A stretch of DNA of 64,000 bases from Akkermansiaceae bacterium (GCA_051251915.1 JBPOGF010000003.1:64001-128000); one strand, 5' to 3'; positions 8,981-19,674 are shown, counted from the stretch's first letter. Program-made: numbers and translations. Notes: generated by a model from the letters alone, not told the origin.

Positions 8981-10732
8981 ATGAGATCAGGAATAGAAGC
9001 TCAGGAAGCGAATGCTAATTTGAAGCCAGTGATGTTTTGGCAGCTGTATAAGAACCCGATCTTACTTCGGTATGTTAGATCTAGATTGCGTTGGAGCGGG
9101 TTGTCAGCGGCGTTGATTTTGACCTTGGTGATTACGGTGTTCACCTTTGTCATCAGTTATAATGGAGCGGTGAGGTTTTCCTATGAGAATAGTGTGAATG
9201 CTTATCGTGCGGCTTTTTTGCCAGTGTTTATGATCCAAGTGATCATTATGATGTTTATAGGAACTGGCTCGGTGGCAAGCGGGATCACACAGGAATATGA
9301 GGATGGTATGGTGGAATACCAGCGGCTGACGCCAATGTCTCCTATGGCTAAAATCCTAGGCTATTTATTTGGTCTGCCGATACGGGAGTGGTTTTTGTTT
9401 CTAGTGACTTCGTTTTTCATAGGGATCATTGTGGTCAAAGGAGAAGTGCCTATGGACTCGGTATGGCGGGTTTACTCGGTATTCTTTCTATCGATCATTC
9501 TTTATCATTTGATGGCATTGGTGGTGGTGCATAGCATGAAGAAAAAGCGTGTTGCGGGGCGTGTGATTCAGTTGTTGGTGGTGGTATTGTATTTTGTGTT
9601 TCCGCTACTTTCTCAGTTTGGATTGGTATTCTTTGAATACCTAACTGTTAGGCCGATTTTGAAGGAAAACATCTTGGAGTATATTCCGAAGGGTGTGAAT
9701 ATGCGAAGATTATTAGATTTGGATGGTGGGGCATCGACCGTGCCATTTTTTGATCATCAGTTGAAGGCATGGAGTTTCTCGATGATTTTGATGACGTCGT
9801 TGACGGTTTCGTTTCTTTTCATGCTCAATAGGCGATGGAAGGATGTAACGAGCCATCTCATGAGTAAGCCATTTGCGCTGATATTTTTTGGCTTTTTCAT
9901 GCTATTTCTTATCGGGAACACGTTGCCAATCGCTAAGGAGGGTGACATGAGTATCACTAAGAGCTTTGTTGAAATACGTGAGAAATCGTTGCTCGATAGG
10001 ATTGAACAATTCAGGGATAGAGAGTCGGTTCGGAAAGCATTCGAAACTCGTCTAGAGAGATACCGAGAGAAGACTCGTGGTGGGCAACCAGCAGCAGATG
10101 CGCCGGTAGCACAGACTGTGTTTGGGTCTGTGTGTGTGATGTTTGCGTGTCTTGTTGTTTATGTGATGACCCCTAAGAACGAGAAATACCTACTTGGGCT
10201 AAGGCGAGCTAAAAATTTAAACAAGAAGTGGATACCTTTTCATTGGGATGAGGCGCCGGGGTTACTGTCTACACTATGTGTGATGGTGTTGCTTGTAGTG
10301 ACGCTGTTTTGCTTTAGCACGACTTTGTATAATGCGCCAACGATGCCGACTAAGATCCGAGAATTGATTCCGTTTATCCCTGTAGTCTGCCTGTTTGCGA
10401 GTGTCGTGGTATTGGTATTTTATTTGGTGTTTGAGGCGTGGGAGAACAAGGGGTTATTCTTGTTGATCTTATGCATCTGGGTGCTGCCGATTATGGTGGC
10501 TATGGTCGTGGCGGTGCAGTCTAACCATTACTCAACATTGGTCTGGGTGTCATCGGTTTCTCCGATAGCTGCGTATGGCTATGGGATGTCAGAGGCGATG
10601 ACGTTGCCGGTGAGAGAGGCGTTCTATGTAAGCTTCGGGTTGCAAGTTTTGATTGGAGGGTTTGCCGGATTAGCTTTGTATACTAAGAAAATGAATGGCC
10701 GTAAGGTGCTGTTAGAGCAGCCGGTCGATTAA
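8981..10732 (+). CDS. ABC transporter permease-like polytopic membrane protein
   Basis: Many hydrophobic segments; NPILLR...R and EYEDG..EYQRLTPMS motifs of PVC-group permeases; starts 1 bp after the ATPase stop. Confidence 0.75.
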   Translation: MRSGIEAQEANANLKPVMFWQLYKNPILLRYVRSRLRWSGLSAALILTLVITVFTFVISYNGAVRFSYENSVNAYRAAFLPVFMIQVIIMMFIGTGSVASGITQEYEDGMVEYQRLTPMSPMAKILGYLFGLPIREWFLFLVTSFFIGIIVVKGEVPMDSVWRVYSVFFLSIILYHLMALVVVHSMKKKRVAGRVIQLLVVVLYFVFPLLSQFGLVFFEYLTVRPILKENILEYIPKGVNMRRLLDLDGGASTVPFFDHQLKAWSFSMILMTSLTVSFLFMLNRRWKDVTSHLMSKPFALIFFGFFMLFLIGNTLPIAKEGDMSITKSFVEIREKSLLDRIEQFRDRESVRKAFETRLERYREKTRGGQPAADAPVAQTVFGSVCVMFACLVVYVMTPKNEKYLLGLRRAKNLNKKWIPFHWDEAPGLLSTLCVMVLLVVTLFCFSTTLYNAPTMPTKIRELIPFIPVVCLFASVVVLVFYLVFEAWENKGLFLLILCIWVLPIMVAMVVAVQSNHYSTLVWVSSVSPIAAYGYGMSEAMTLPVREAFYVSFGLQVLIGGFAGLALYTKKMNGRKVLLEQPVD

Positions 10733-11269
10733 TAGGTCGTGTGATTCGATGGGGATATTGCCTGTGGTAACGACCTGGCAGGAAAATACGACTCCGAGTG
10801 TGATCGCATCTGGGCGTTTTCTAAGGAGGTAGCGGTCGTAAAATCCGCCGCCTTTTCCTAATCGTTCGCCGTTGATAGAGTAGGCATAGGCTGGGCAGAG
10901 GAAGAGGTCGATTGTTTGTGGAGCCACAACTTTATGGATTGATTCATTAGGTTCGCGAATGCCGTACTCAGACATTTTCATTTCTAGTAGATCATCGACT
11001 GTATAGAATTCCATTTGGCCTCCAGCAGCACATTTTGGGTAGCAAAAACTTACCTCTGGTGCTGTTGAGTGGAGGGCGTCGAGGTTCATTTCATATGGCA
11101 TGGCGGCATAACTAGCTACCGTCTTGATGCTTGGCGATGATTTGAGGAAGTGGGTGATCTTCTCAACCATTTGCTGAGATTCTAGGACTTTCTCGATGGT
11201 GGGCATTGCAGCTAGTAGACGTTTGATTTGCGTCCGGAGCTGTTGTTTGGTGGGTTTATCTTCAGTCAT
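10712..11269 (-). CDS. 5-formyltetrahydrofolate cyclo-ligase
   Basis: KQQLR start, YGIREP, RLGKGGGFYDRYL, ESHD motifs. Confidence 0.92.
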   Translation of the reverse strand: MTEDKPTKQQLRTQIKRLLAAMPTIEKVLESQQMVEKITHFLKSSPSIKTVASYAAMPYEMNLDALHSTAPEVSFCYPKCAAGGQMEFYTVDDLLEMKMSEYGIREPNESIHKVVAPQTIDLFLCPAYAYSINGERLGKGGGFYDRYLLRKRPDAITLGVVFSCQVVTTGNIPIESHDLLIDRLL

Positions 11270-12740
11270 CCTTGGCCCAATGTTTAGATCGCTCGACGGC
11301 TTTATCCCAGCGTTTTCGTTGGGAGGCTAAGTCTTTATTCCATGGACTAGGGGAGAAGCTGACGTCTTCTTGCCAGAGTGCGGTGATTTGCTCTTTAGAT
11401 TCCCAGAAACCTACTCCAAGGGCGGCAAGGGCGGCGGCTCCAAAAGCGGTGGTTTCAATGTTTTTAGGGCGGACTATTTTGCACTGCATCTGGTCTGCTT
11501 GTATACGCATGAGTAACTTGCTGATACAAGCGCCTCCGTCTACTCTGAGTTCTGATACCTGAATGGAGCTGTCTTTAGCAATGCATTCTAATAGTTCTGT
11601 GGACTGGAAGCTCACAGCCTCAAGAGCCGCTCGGCAAATATGTGCCCGAGTGGTTCCACGGGTCATTCCTTGGATACTTGCCCGTGCGAATGGATCCCAA
11701 TGGGGAGCTCCAATGCCTGTGAAGGCTGGCACGAAGACGACTCCGCCGTTGTCATCGACTGATTTGGCGAGAGTATCAAATTCGTAGACATCTTTGACGA
11801 TTTTTAAGCCATCACGTAGCCAACCGAATATGGCACCGGCCATGAAGACAGAGCCTTCGAGGGCGAATTTGCGTTTGCCATTTAGTTGCCACGCCACTGT
11901 GCTCAGTAGTCCTTGATTGGATTGAACGATGCGCTCGTCGGTATTCATGAGCATGAAGCAACCGGTTCCATAGGTGTTTTTAATCTGTCCTGGTTTGAAG
12001 CATCCTTGGCCGAATAGTGCGGCTTGTTGGTCTCCTGCGATGCCTGAAATGGGAACTCCTGACCATTTCCCGATCTCTCCAGAGCTGTCGACTATTTCTG
12101 GAAGCATTGATCTTGGGACGCAAAACATTTCTAACAGGTCGTCATCCCACTTTCCGGTGTGGATATTATAGAGTAGTGTTCTGCTGGCGTTGCTTGCGTC
12201 AGTGACATGAGATTTTCCTCTGGTGAGATTCCAGATGAGCCAGCTATCAATAGTGCCCAAGCAGAGTTTGCCTGCTTTTGCCTTATCTCTAGCTCCTTCT
12301 ACATTGTCTAGTATCCAGCGTATTTTTGTGGCTGAGAAATAGGGGTCGGCATTGAGTCCCGTGAGTGAGCGGATTACTTTTTCTACACCAGCGTCCTTGA
12401 GTTGTTGGCAAACTTTAGCGGTGCGGCGGTCTTGCCAGACGATGGCGTTATGAATCGGCTTTCCTGTGGCTCGATCCCAAACCACTACGGTTTCGCGTTG
12501 GTTAGTAATGCCGATACCTGCGACGTCTTTTGCGGTGATACCCGCTTGAGTCATTACGTCTAGCATAGTGCCTAGCTGGGTTTGCCAGATTGCTTCAGCA
12601 TCATGCTCAACTAATCCAGGCTCGGGATAGATCTGAGTGAATTCTTTTTTATTCACCGCTACCACCTCACCATTCTTATCAAAGACCACAGTTCGCGAAC
12701 TTGAGGTCCCTTGGTCCAGTGATAAAATGTATTGAGCCAT
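11262..12740 (-). CDS. glpK: Glycerol kinase
   Basis: DQGTSSSR, GITNQRET, WQDRRT, GDQQAALFGQ, KNTYGTGCF, ALEGS, VDGG. Confidence 0.97.
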   Translation of the reverse strand: MAQYILSLDQGTSSSRTVVFDKNGEVVAVNKKEFTQIYPEPGLVEHDAEAIWQTQLGTMLDVMTQAGITAKDVAGIGITNQRETVVVWDRATGKPIHNAIVWQDRRTAKVCQQLKDAGVEKVIRSLTGLNADPYFSATKIRWILDNVEGARDKAKAGKLCLGTIDSWLIWNLTRGKSHVTDASNASRTLLYNIHTGKWDDDLLEMFCVPRSMLPEIVDSSGEIGKWSGVPISGIAGDQQAALFGQGCFKPGQIKNTYGTGCFMLMNTDERIVQSNQGLLSTVAWQLNGKRKFALEGSVFMAGAIFGWLRDGLKIVKDVYEFDTLAKSVDDNGGVVFVPAFTGIGAPHWDPFARASIQGMTRGTTRAHICRAALEAVSFQSTELLECIAKDSSIQVSELRVDGGACISKLLMRIQADQMQCKIVRPKNIETTAFGAAALAALGVGFWESKEQITALWQEDVSFSPSPWNKDLASQRKRWDKAVERSKHWAKDD

Positions 12741-12985
12741 ATAACACTATAATAGACCATTCCCTCTACGGTGAGTCAATAGTAGAGAATTATGATGAAT
12801 TGTTTTCATCGTAATCTGTTGTAAATCAATGTTAATAACTTAAAATAAGTTTGCTACGATTACGTAATTGTCACATGATTATGTTTGAGAATCAGATTAT
12901 TAGGAGCTAGTTTTTATGCATGGATAATATATACATTATACATACATGTGAATGGCTAGCATAGGCAACCTATCCCGATTATAAA

Positions 12986-15900
12986 ATGAAAGCTTACCAA
13001 AATCGACAAACACGAAGAAAGATCCATAAGGCAACCAGTGGTGCTCGTGGTTCTGATAGAGGCTTTGCTCTCATCTCGTGTATAGCCATCATGAGTCTCC
13101 TGCTGATGTTTAGCGTGGCCATTTTGAAGCTATCAACAATTGAAACTAGACAAGCCAATGAATCTATTGCCCAAGAAGAGGCACGAGCAAATGCGCGGCT
13201 AGCTTTAGAAATGGCACTGGCCCAACTCCAGTATGCGACTGGAGCAGACCAAGTAGTCACAGCTCGTGCTGATCTTCTTTCTAATGACCAAACGATTTCG
13301 AACAAAAACTGGGTCGGAGCATGGAGCACTACTTTCAAGCAAAATAGCATTGATCCAGCATGGCCACTGATAGGTCAAAAAACAGACAGCGGTAACGCCA
13401 TCTATGCGCATGAGGGAGCTTACTCCGACCTCAGAGAGACCGTCTCATTGCTCACTGATGGAAAATGGAAAAATGAGCTTCTCATTGATTGGCTAGTGAG
13501 TTCGCCTGCGGAAAAATTTGACCCATCCATCGTCTTGGATCCAACTGATGAAAGCGTGATAGAAATCCTTGGGAAAGGTACACTTGGGGAGTCGATCGTT
13601 GAGCCTGATTACATCGCAGACCGTGTGTTGGTGAAGAAAATTGATATCAGCGACGAGTCTGCGATAGCTTGGTGGACGTCTGATAATAACCAGAAAGCGA
13701 GTGTCAAACCACGACAGATCAGCGATGCTGAAAATGAAATTACCTCAAGTCCGATCGAGAATCCGAAGTTCATTCAGCTAGATAGTGCATACCCATTTGA
13801 AGACTTCCAAGAGAAGGCAATATCTAAGAAGGATAAGATCATTTCTCTAGATTCATCTCACCTTTCCCAAGATGCCCCACTCAGCGCGAAGGAGTCATTG
13901 GGGCGTTTCACTCATGATCTTACTTATCATTCGCCGGGCATGTTTATCAACACTGCTAAGGGTGGATTTCAGCGAGATCTTACGCCGTTGTTGTTTGCCA
14001 AGAAAGGGGATAAAACGGTTGAGTTCGTGGCTCCTAGCAGCAGGGTTTCTGATACCGCATTCAGCTCAGATTATCCTATTATAGCCAGTAAATACCACGA
14101 TGTCCTAGCTCCTACATTTTCTGCACTTCGTTATTGGGGACTTCAGAGATACAGCGCTGGAAACACCATCGACACTACTCTCTCAAACAGTGCAAGCAGA
14201 GTGAGATCGAGTACAAACTGGGCACACAATCAGAGTGATGGGGTTACCTTTGAGTCTGTAGATTGGGCCGCTGAGATGCCAAAGACCCACCCATTGATGA
14301 CGGATTCACGATGGCACTATTATTTCTCTATCAACGGTAGTAGTATCCGTACCCACATCATCCCTAGAGTCTGTCTTTGGAATCCATACAATACGGAAAT
14401 GGAAATCGACGAAATGGTGGTTATGATGCCAAATCCATTTTATAAAGCTTCTGGTGGATTTCATTTTTACTTCGAAGATGGCGAGGTGCAACGAGTGCAA
14501 AATGATACGCCGAATAGCAGTGATTATATTCACCAATGGGTTAAGAAGCAAGCCAGTCCAATAGGAGATCTTTACAAATCTAGGCTCCAAGCGACAGATC
14601 TATTCCCTGAAAGACGCTACTTAGCATTCACTCTTAAGGGCGCGACTCTAGCACCTGGCGAGTGCCATGTATTTTCACCTAGTATCTCATCACCTGATGT
14701 GGCGGCGGGAGGAGTAAGTCTATCTGCCTATGAGCCAGATAATATAGCTAAAAACACTCTTAGCTCGGATGCTGTTCAAGGTGAGGATCATTTCTATTTT
14801 GACATAGCATCCACACAGATCGAGATACAAACTTCATCATCTTGGAAGACGCTATCAAGTTCTACTCAGAGCAAACTGAACCTAGAGATGATTCATGACT
14901 ATCGTCCGGAGACTGGTGAGTTGGTAGAAAATTTCCCCTTCATCCTCAAAGCATCAAATGGAACGATTCCATCACTGAGCGACCTGTTGACATCTAGATC
15001 TCACCCTACTCTCCAGCTTATAAATAATGGAACAGGAGGAGTTGCTCCATCCTACTATTTCTCCTACACGGGGTCACCGTGGGGGAGTGCTAATACGATC
15101 GGCTCGTTTGGATCGATGCAGAGTTTCCAGGATGCGCCCTATAAAGATGCGCCGGGAACTCATCAAGTAGGTGCGAAATTAGTCTGGCTAGATGAATCAA
15201 CTACAGAAGGAAATAGAGCACCACTTCGCTACGGGACGTCGTCAACGACTCGTTGGGATAAGGATCATATGGCCTATCATCCTGCTACCATAGCTAACTG
15301 GAATGTCAGAGCCCAGCTTACCTCCAGATCTCCTATCGCACAATGTGCCGAAAAATGGTATTTGTTTAGCACAGGTCCATGGATTCTTCAGTTCATCCCT
15401 AAGACTCCTCAGGATGCGAACGATAGTCCACAGTTAAACTATAATGGTACGGCCTTTGTAAAAAACCCGCTCGGGTTGGCTGTGAATTTCTCTTCCTCAC
15501 CAAATGTGGTTCTCTTTGATCTTCCGCACCGTGAGCATGGAATTCATTCGCTGGCAGCCATGCGCCACGCGATGCTCAGTCCCTATTCATGGCACCCTAG
15601 TTATATCATCGGCCACTCACTAAGAGACCCGCATGCACCAGCTGATACCACAACTCATCCGGAAGTGGTGAGTTCAGCCGGATCCGGTGGTTTAAATCAC
15701 TGGGATCAGCACATTGGAGGTTATAAAGCAGGATTTAGTTATGGAGCATCGAACGAGAAGAACGACTCGCAGGACTTACTCCAGATAGGTAGTGCTGCAG
15801 TTACGAGAAGTATCGATTCCACTTCGCTTAGCTCTAACAATGATATTCTTCCCTACGATGTAGCGTATGAAGTGAATCAGAATATCTGGGATGATTACTT

Positions 15901-16969
15901 CATTTCTGCTCTCCCACTTGATGCTAACACAGATAAATTCTCGTCACTCACTCCACTAAACCAACGCAACCAGATCAACCCAGCTAGCGAGATCTCCCTA
16001 ACCAGTCTAACAGAAGACCTCACACAAGATGCAGACTCTGCTGACACAGGGTTCTGGCTCAATGGATATTATTATAGAAAGGACAATGCCTTTAACCTCA
16101 ACTCGACCTCAGTTCCGGCTTGGACTGCATTTCTTTCAGGAACGTTAGGCATCAACCGCGAACTTAATGATGGAACTTCACTCAACAACGGGCTTGCTGG
16201 ATTCGCTAGGTATAGAAAGCCTTCTGGAGCAGCTGACTCAGATCAACTAGACCCAGAAAATACTGATGCTTGGAAAGGTTTACGTTCTCTTACAGAAGAT
16301 GAAATGGAACGGCTCGCCACAGCGATAGTGGATGAAGTAAAACTCCGCGGGCCATTCATCTCAGTCGCAGATTTCGTAAACAGAAGGCTCACCGATCGAG
16401 ATGATGAGACATCGCAGATGGGAGCACTAGATGCCGCCATTTTCAAAGCAGAGCTGAATAAATCTTTTTACGATCTCAATCAATACGATACTAGCGTGAT
16501 TAATCGCGGATCTGATAGCGATTCCAGAGACAACAACGAGAGCACCTTTAAAGATGAATATCTCTACTCATCAGGTGGTAGCACGACCACTAGCCAAGCG
16601 GCAACCAAGACTTGGGGGCTACCTAGCTTCCTGATGCAGTCAGACTTGCTAGAGCCACTTGCGCCCGCACTTACTACCAGAGGCGACACCTTCACTATCC
16701 GTGCCTACGGGGAATCTAAACGCAATGGAAAAGTTGTCGCCCGTGCCTACATTGAGGCCATCGTAGAGCGCAGTCCGCATTATATCCAGCACCAGTACAT
16801 CGACGACACAGCCACTAACAATCAAGCCAACCTACCTACCGACTCCGTCATTGAAATAGACCCTCTCACCGGAAAAATCACGGAAGGAAACCTAACTGAA
16901 ATCAACCAAACACTAGGCAGGAAATACCGCATTAAGTCATTCCGTTGGTTGAACAAAGGAGAAATATAA
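12986..16969 (+). CDS. Large prepilin-like (PilX/GspK-type N-terminus) protein, Verru_Chthon cassette protein A-like
   Basis: Basic leader, then G|FAL hydrophobic helix; ARANARLAL..ALAQLQ...GADQVVTARA; C-terminal RGPFISVADFVNR and RGDTFTIRAYGES...FRWL. Confidence 0.75.
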   Translation: MKAYQNRQTRRKIHKATSGARGSDRGFALISCIAIMSLLLMFSVAILKLSTIETRQANESIAQEEARANARLALEMALAQLQYATGADQVVTARADLLSNDQTISNKNWVGAWSTTFKQNSIDPAWPLIGQKTDSGNAIYAHEGAYSDLRETVSLLTDGKWKNELLIDWLVSSPAEKFDPSIVLDPTDESVIEILGKGTLGESIVEPDYIADRVLVKKIDISDESAIAWWTSDNNQKASVKPRQISDAENEITSSPIENPKFIQLDSAYPFEDFQEKAISKKDKIISLDSSHLSQDAPLSAKESLGRFTHDLTYHSPGMFINTAKGGFQRDLTPLLFAKKGDKTVEFVAPSSRVSDTAFSSDYPIIASKYHDVLAPTFSALRYWGLQRYSAGNTIDTTLSNSASRVRSSTNWAHNQSDGVTFESVDWAAEMPKTHPLMTDSRWHYYFSINGSSIRTHIIPRVCLWNPYNTEMEIDEMVVMMPNPFYKASGGFHFYFEDGEVQRVQNDTPNSSDYIHQWVKKQASPIGDLYKSRLQATDLFPERRYLAFTLKGATLAPGECHVFSPSISSPDVAAGGVSLSAYEPDNIAKNTLSSDAVQGEDHFYFDIASTQIEIQTSSSWKTLSSSTQSKLNLEMIHDYRPETGELVENFPFILKASNGTIPSLSDLLTSRSHPTLQLINNGTGGVAPSYYFSYTGSPWGSANTIGSFGSMQSFQDAPYKDAPGTHQVGAKLVWLDESTTEGNRAPLRYGTSSTTRWDKDHMAYHPATIANWNVRAQLTSRSPIAQCAEKWYLFSTGPWILQFIPKTPQDANDSPQLNYNGTAFVKNPLGLAVNFSSSPNVVLFDLPHREHGIHSLAAMRHAMLSPYSWHPSYIIGHSLRDPHAPADTTTHPEVVSSAGSGGLNHWDQHIGGYKAGFSYGASNEKNDSQDLLQIGSAAVTRSIDSTSLSSNNDILPYDVAYEVNQNIWDDYFISALPLDANTDKFSSLTPLNQRNQINPASEISLTSLTEDLTQDADSADTGFWLNGYYYRKDNAFNLNSTSVPAWTAFLSGTLGINRELNDGTSLNNGLAGFARYRKPSGAADSDQLDPENTDAWKGLRSLTEDEMERLATAIVDEVKLRGPFISVADFVNRRLTDRDDETSQMGALDAAIFKAELNKSFYDLNQYDTSVINRGSDSDSRDNNESTFKDEYLYSSGGSTTTSQAATKTWGLPSFLMQSDLLEPLAPALTTRGDTFTIRAYGESKRNGKVVARAYIEAIVERSPHYIQHQYIDDTATNNQANLPTDSVIEIDPLTGKITEGNLTEINQTLGRKYRIKSFRWLNKGEI

Positions 16970-17052
16970 GTGGAATCATCGAACCAAATTTAACCTCAGA
17001 AAATAATTCTGTCCCTTCTTAGCATTCTGTCTAAACTACCTAACTTAAAGTA

Positions 17053-17955
17053 ATGAAAACTTACCTCCATAAAATTCTCTTCATCTCGCTTTCCTGCTCG
17101 CTCATCTCTGGAGCACAGGAAAAAGCGAAGAAAAAAGAGATTCTGCCAGCTAAGCTAGCCATCATCGCGATTGGTCCCAAGCCACCACGAAGATATGGCG
17201 GTGATGGAGGGAAGGGATCTAAGTCAGCTGGCGCTATGCTTCCGCCCCATCCTGGTGAAATTCCTCCAAGAAGGTTACATTTTGACGTAACAAAGAAGAA
17301 GAAAAACTCATCGACAAAGACTGACGATAAAGAGCCAAAGCAAAGCTCCATCAACGTCACTTTCAATAACCCATCTCATTTCATAGAGGTTCCGCCTAAT
17401 AAAACACTGAGCCTTCAGCGCAGGGAGCAAAGCGAGTATAGTAAGTATATTAGTATCGGCCCACTTCAGCCAGGATCTATGACGGTGATACTTCTAAGGC
17501 CGACCGGAACAGGTTTCAAGCGCTGGGTCTCCGAACCTACGCAGCACAAAATCAATCTCTTCGCTGATTCACTCAAGAACAAGAAACTGGCTATTCTTAA
17601 TCTCAGTCGCCGCCCGATAAAGAGCATTTTTCATGATGACAAAAAGATGATCACATCTGGTGGATTTCAAGCCTATGAGAGCATCGAGGGTTTAGAGCTA
17701 CACCGCATGGCAGCGGCTTATGGACAAGAAGATAAAATTATCTACAACACCGCTCTAAGGCTGAACAAAAGCAACCGCCTTCTTTTCTACGTCCTTTATG
17801 ACGCTAATCCTAACACTAACGATGGAAGAACTGTAGGACTCTTCCGAACTAGTGTGGAGCCTGAGGTGAAGCCAGAGCCAACTTCGGAGAAGGAGCAACA
17901 GATTCCTGAAGAACTTCCGACTGAGTTATTAAAAGGAACTGTTTCGGAACTTTAA
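17053..17955 (+). CDS. Hypothetical secreted protein
   Basis: 300-aa ORF with signal peptide, same strand as and 83 bp after the prepilin-like gene. Confidence 0.7.
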   Translation: MKTYLHKILFISLSCSLISGAQEKAKKKEILPAKLAIIAIGPKPPRRYGGDGGKGSKSAGAMLPPHPGEIPPRRLHFDVTKKKKNSSTKTDDKEPKQSSINVTFNNPSHFIEVPPNKTLSLQRREQSEYSKYISIGPLQPGSMTVILLRPTGTGFKRWVSEPTQHKINLFADSLKNKKLAILNLSRRPIKSIFHDDKKMITSGGFQAYESIEGLELHRMAAAYGQEDKIIYNTALRLNKSNRLLFYVLYDANPNTNDGRTVGLFRTSVEPEVKPEPTSEKEQQIPEELPTELLKGTVSEL

Positions 17956-18111
17956 AGCCGAGGAATGGCTTGCTCTGGAACTTACTCGCGACTTTATCCG
18001 CGAAGTCCTTTGTTTCTTAATTAGTTGGGATGTTGTAAAAAAATGGGATTTTCTTGTAACCTAGTGTAGGTTAACTTCTAATTATAACCAGAATCTAAAT
18101 TCCAACTAACT

Positions 18112-19674
18112 ATGAAACTAAAGTCACTATTACTCTCAACCGTGCTCGTTGCCTCCCCGTGGATAGCAAGTGCCCAAGCCGGCAAGAAGGCGGACCTCCA
18201 AGACGTTACTAAAAACCTCGACATGGATGGTGAATTCTTCGTTGCTAACAGTATTGCTGGAGACATCAGCGCACTCACAGCGATCGGTAACGATTTTGTG
18301 AAAACGGCGCAAGAAAATGGCCACAAGCGCATCCCTAAAGACCTCAATGTCAAGGCGATACTCAAGGATATGGGCGTTGATCAAATCCTAGCTTACGGCC
18401 GCAGTGCTAAGCACATGGATGATCACTGGGTGAACAAAATGTACCTCCAGAATAACGGAAGTAAAAAAGGGATCTTCTCGTTAATGGGTAAAAATAACAG
18501 TACCTATGATGTGATTAATTTTGCACCATCTGGTTCTGATCTAGTGGCTGAGTGGAGTGTCGATACTAGCCAGCTATTATCTAGCATGAAGAGCGTGCCT
18601 AAGTGTGAGAAGACAACCAAATTCCTCAGTCGCAAGTTGCCATCTGGTGAGACAATGGAAGACATGATGAATTCATTTAAAGCGAAGATGAGCCTAGCGG
18701 TGAAGCTTGATGACGAGAAGCGAGAAGTCTGTCCTGTCTATCCGGAATACACATTCCCCAAAATGCATGGCATCATGAGAATGAAAGGTGCTAACCAGAT
18801 CTGGAATCAAGTCGGTAAGATGGCAGGATTCGTAATGAAGGTAGAAAAGCAAGAAGACGGAACATTACTCCTGACTCCACGCAAGCAGAAAAAAGGCATG
18901 AATGTTGTGTTACTTATGGATACCAGAAATGATCTACTTTGGGCAGCAACGAGTCCTGAGTTTCTAGCAGAGTGCCGTGGTGATGGTGCTAAACTAGCTT
19001 CTGACGAAGACTTCAAGACTATCTCTGATGGTGTGAAAAAAGGAAAAGCACTCGCTTATATTTCTAATCAAGCATGTCTCGAGATCAAGCAGGTGAAGGA
19101 GGCTAAGGTCAAAAAGATGAACAAGAAACGACTTTCAGATGACATGATTCAGAAAATTATGGACTACCTCACTGAGTCTAAAAACGGTTATTTCGCAGAA
19201 GCACATAAGAGCAAAAAGGGAATCAACTATGTTCTAAAAGCACCACTCCCTATCAAAGAAATGATGTGTGGTAAGCGTGGCTTTAAGAAAAAAGGCTGCT
19301 CAAGCTGTAAAGGATCATCAAGTTGTGATAAAGGTTGCTCATCATGCCAAAAAAGCGAAGCTAAAAAGGGATGTGCTTGTGAAGCAGGTAAATGCAAATG
19401 CGCCAAAGAGAAGACTAGCTGTAAATGTGAAAGCGAATGCAAATGCGCTAAGGACAAATCTAAGGCTACACCGAAAGGAGCTAAGCCACCTAAATCAAAG
19501 GCAGCAACTGAAGGGCCTGTAGCACCAAAAGCGAAGAAGAAGGCTGATAAAAAAGCTGAAGCTAAGAAAGCTAAGCCGGCTCCTAAGAAAGAGGCTAAGC
19601 CGGCACCTAAGAAAGAGGCAAAACCAGCGCCAGCTAAAGACTTCACCACTGGTGGGGACCAAGGTGATATGTAG
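18112..19674 (+). CDS. Secreted hypothetical protein with a Cys-rich segment and a Lys/Ala/Pro-rich tail
   Basis: 520-aa ORF, signal peptide ending AQA, 14 Cys in about 60 residues, KPAPKKEA repeats; followed by a terminator. Confidence 0.8.
   Translation: MKLKSLLLSTVLVASPWIASAQAGKKADLQDVTKNLDMDGEFFVANSIAGDISALTAIGNDFVKTAQENGHKRIPKDLNVKAILKDMGVDQILAYGRSAKHMDDHWVNKMYLQNNGSKKGIFSLMGKNNSTYDVINFAPSGSDLVAEWSVDTSQLLSSMKSVPKCEKTTKFLSRKLPSGETMEDMMNSFKAKMSLAVKLDDEKREVCPVYPEYTFPKMHGIMRMKGANQIWNQVGKMAGFVMKVEKQEDGTLLLTPRKQKKGMNVVLLMDTRNDLLWAATSPEFLAECRGDGAKLASDEDFKTISDGVKKGKALAYISNQACLEIKQVKEAKVKKMNKKRLSDDMIQKIMDYLTESKNGYFAEAHKSKKGINYVLKAPLPIKEMMCGKRGFKKKGCSSCKGSSSCDKGCSSCQKSEAKKGCACEAGKCKCAKEKTSCKCESECKCAKDKSKATPKGAKPPKSKAATEGPVAPKAKKKADKKAEAKKAKPAPKKEAKPAPKKEAKPAPAKDFTTGGDQGDM
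19570..19641 (+). repeat. Coding 24-bp tandem repeat x3 (AKPAPKKE)
   Basis: gctaagccggctcctaagaaagag / gctaagccggcacctaagaaagag / gcaaaaccagcgccagctaaagac. Confidence 0.85.
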
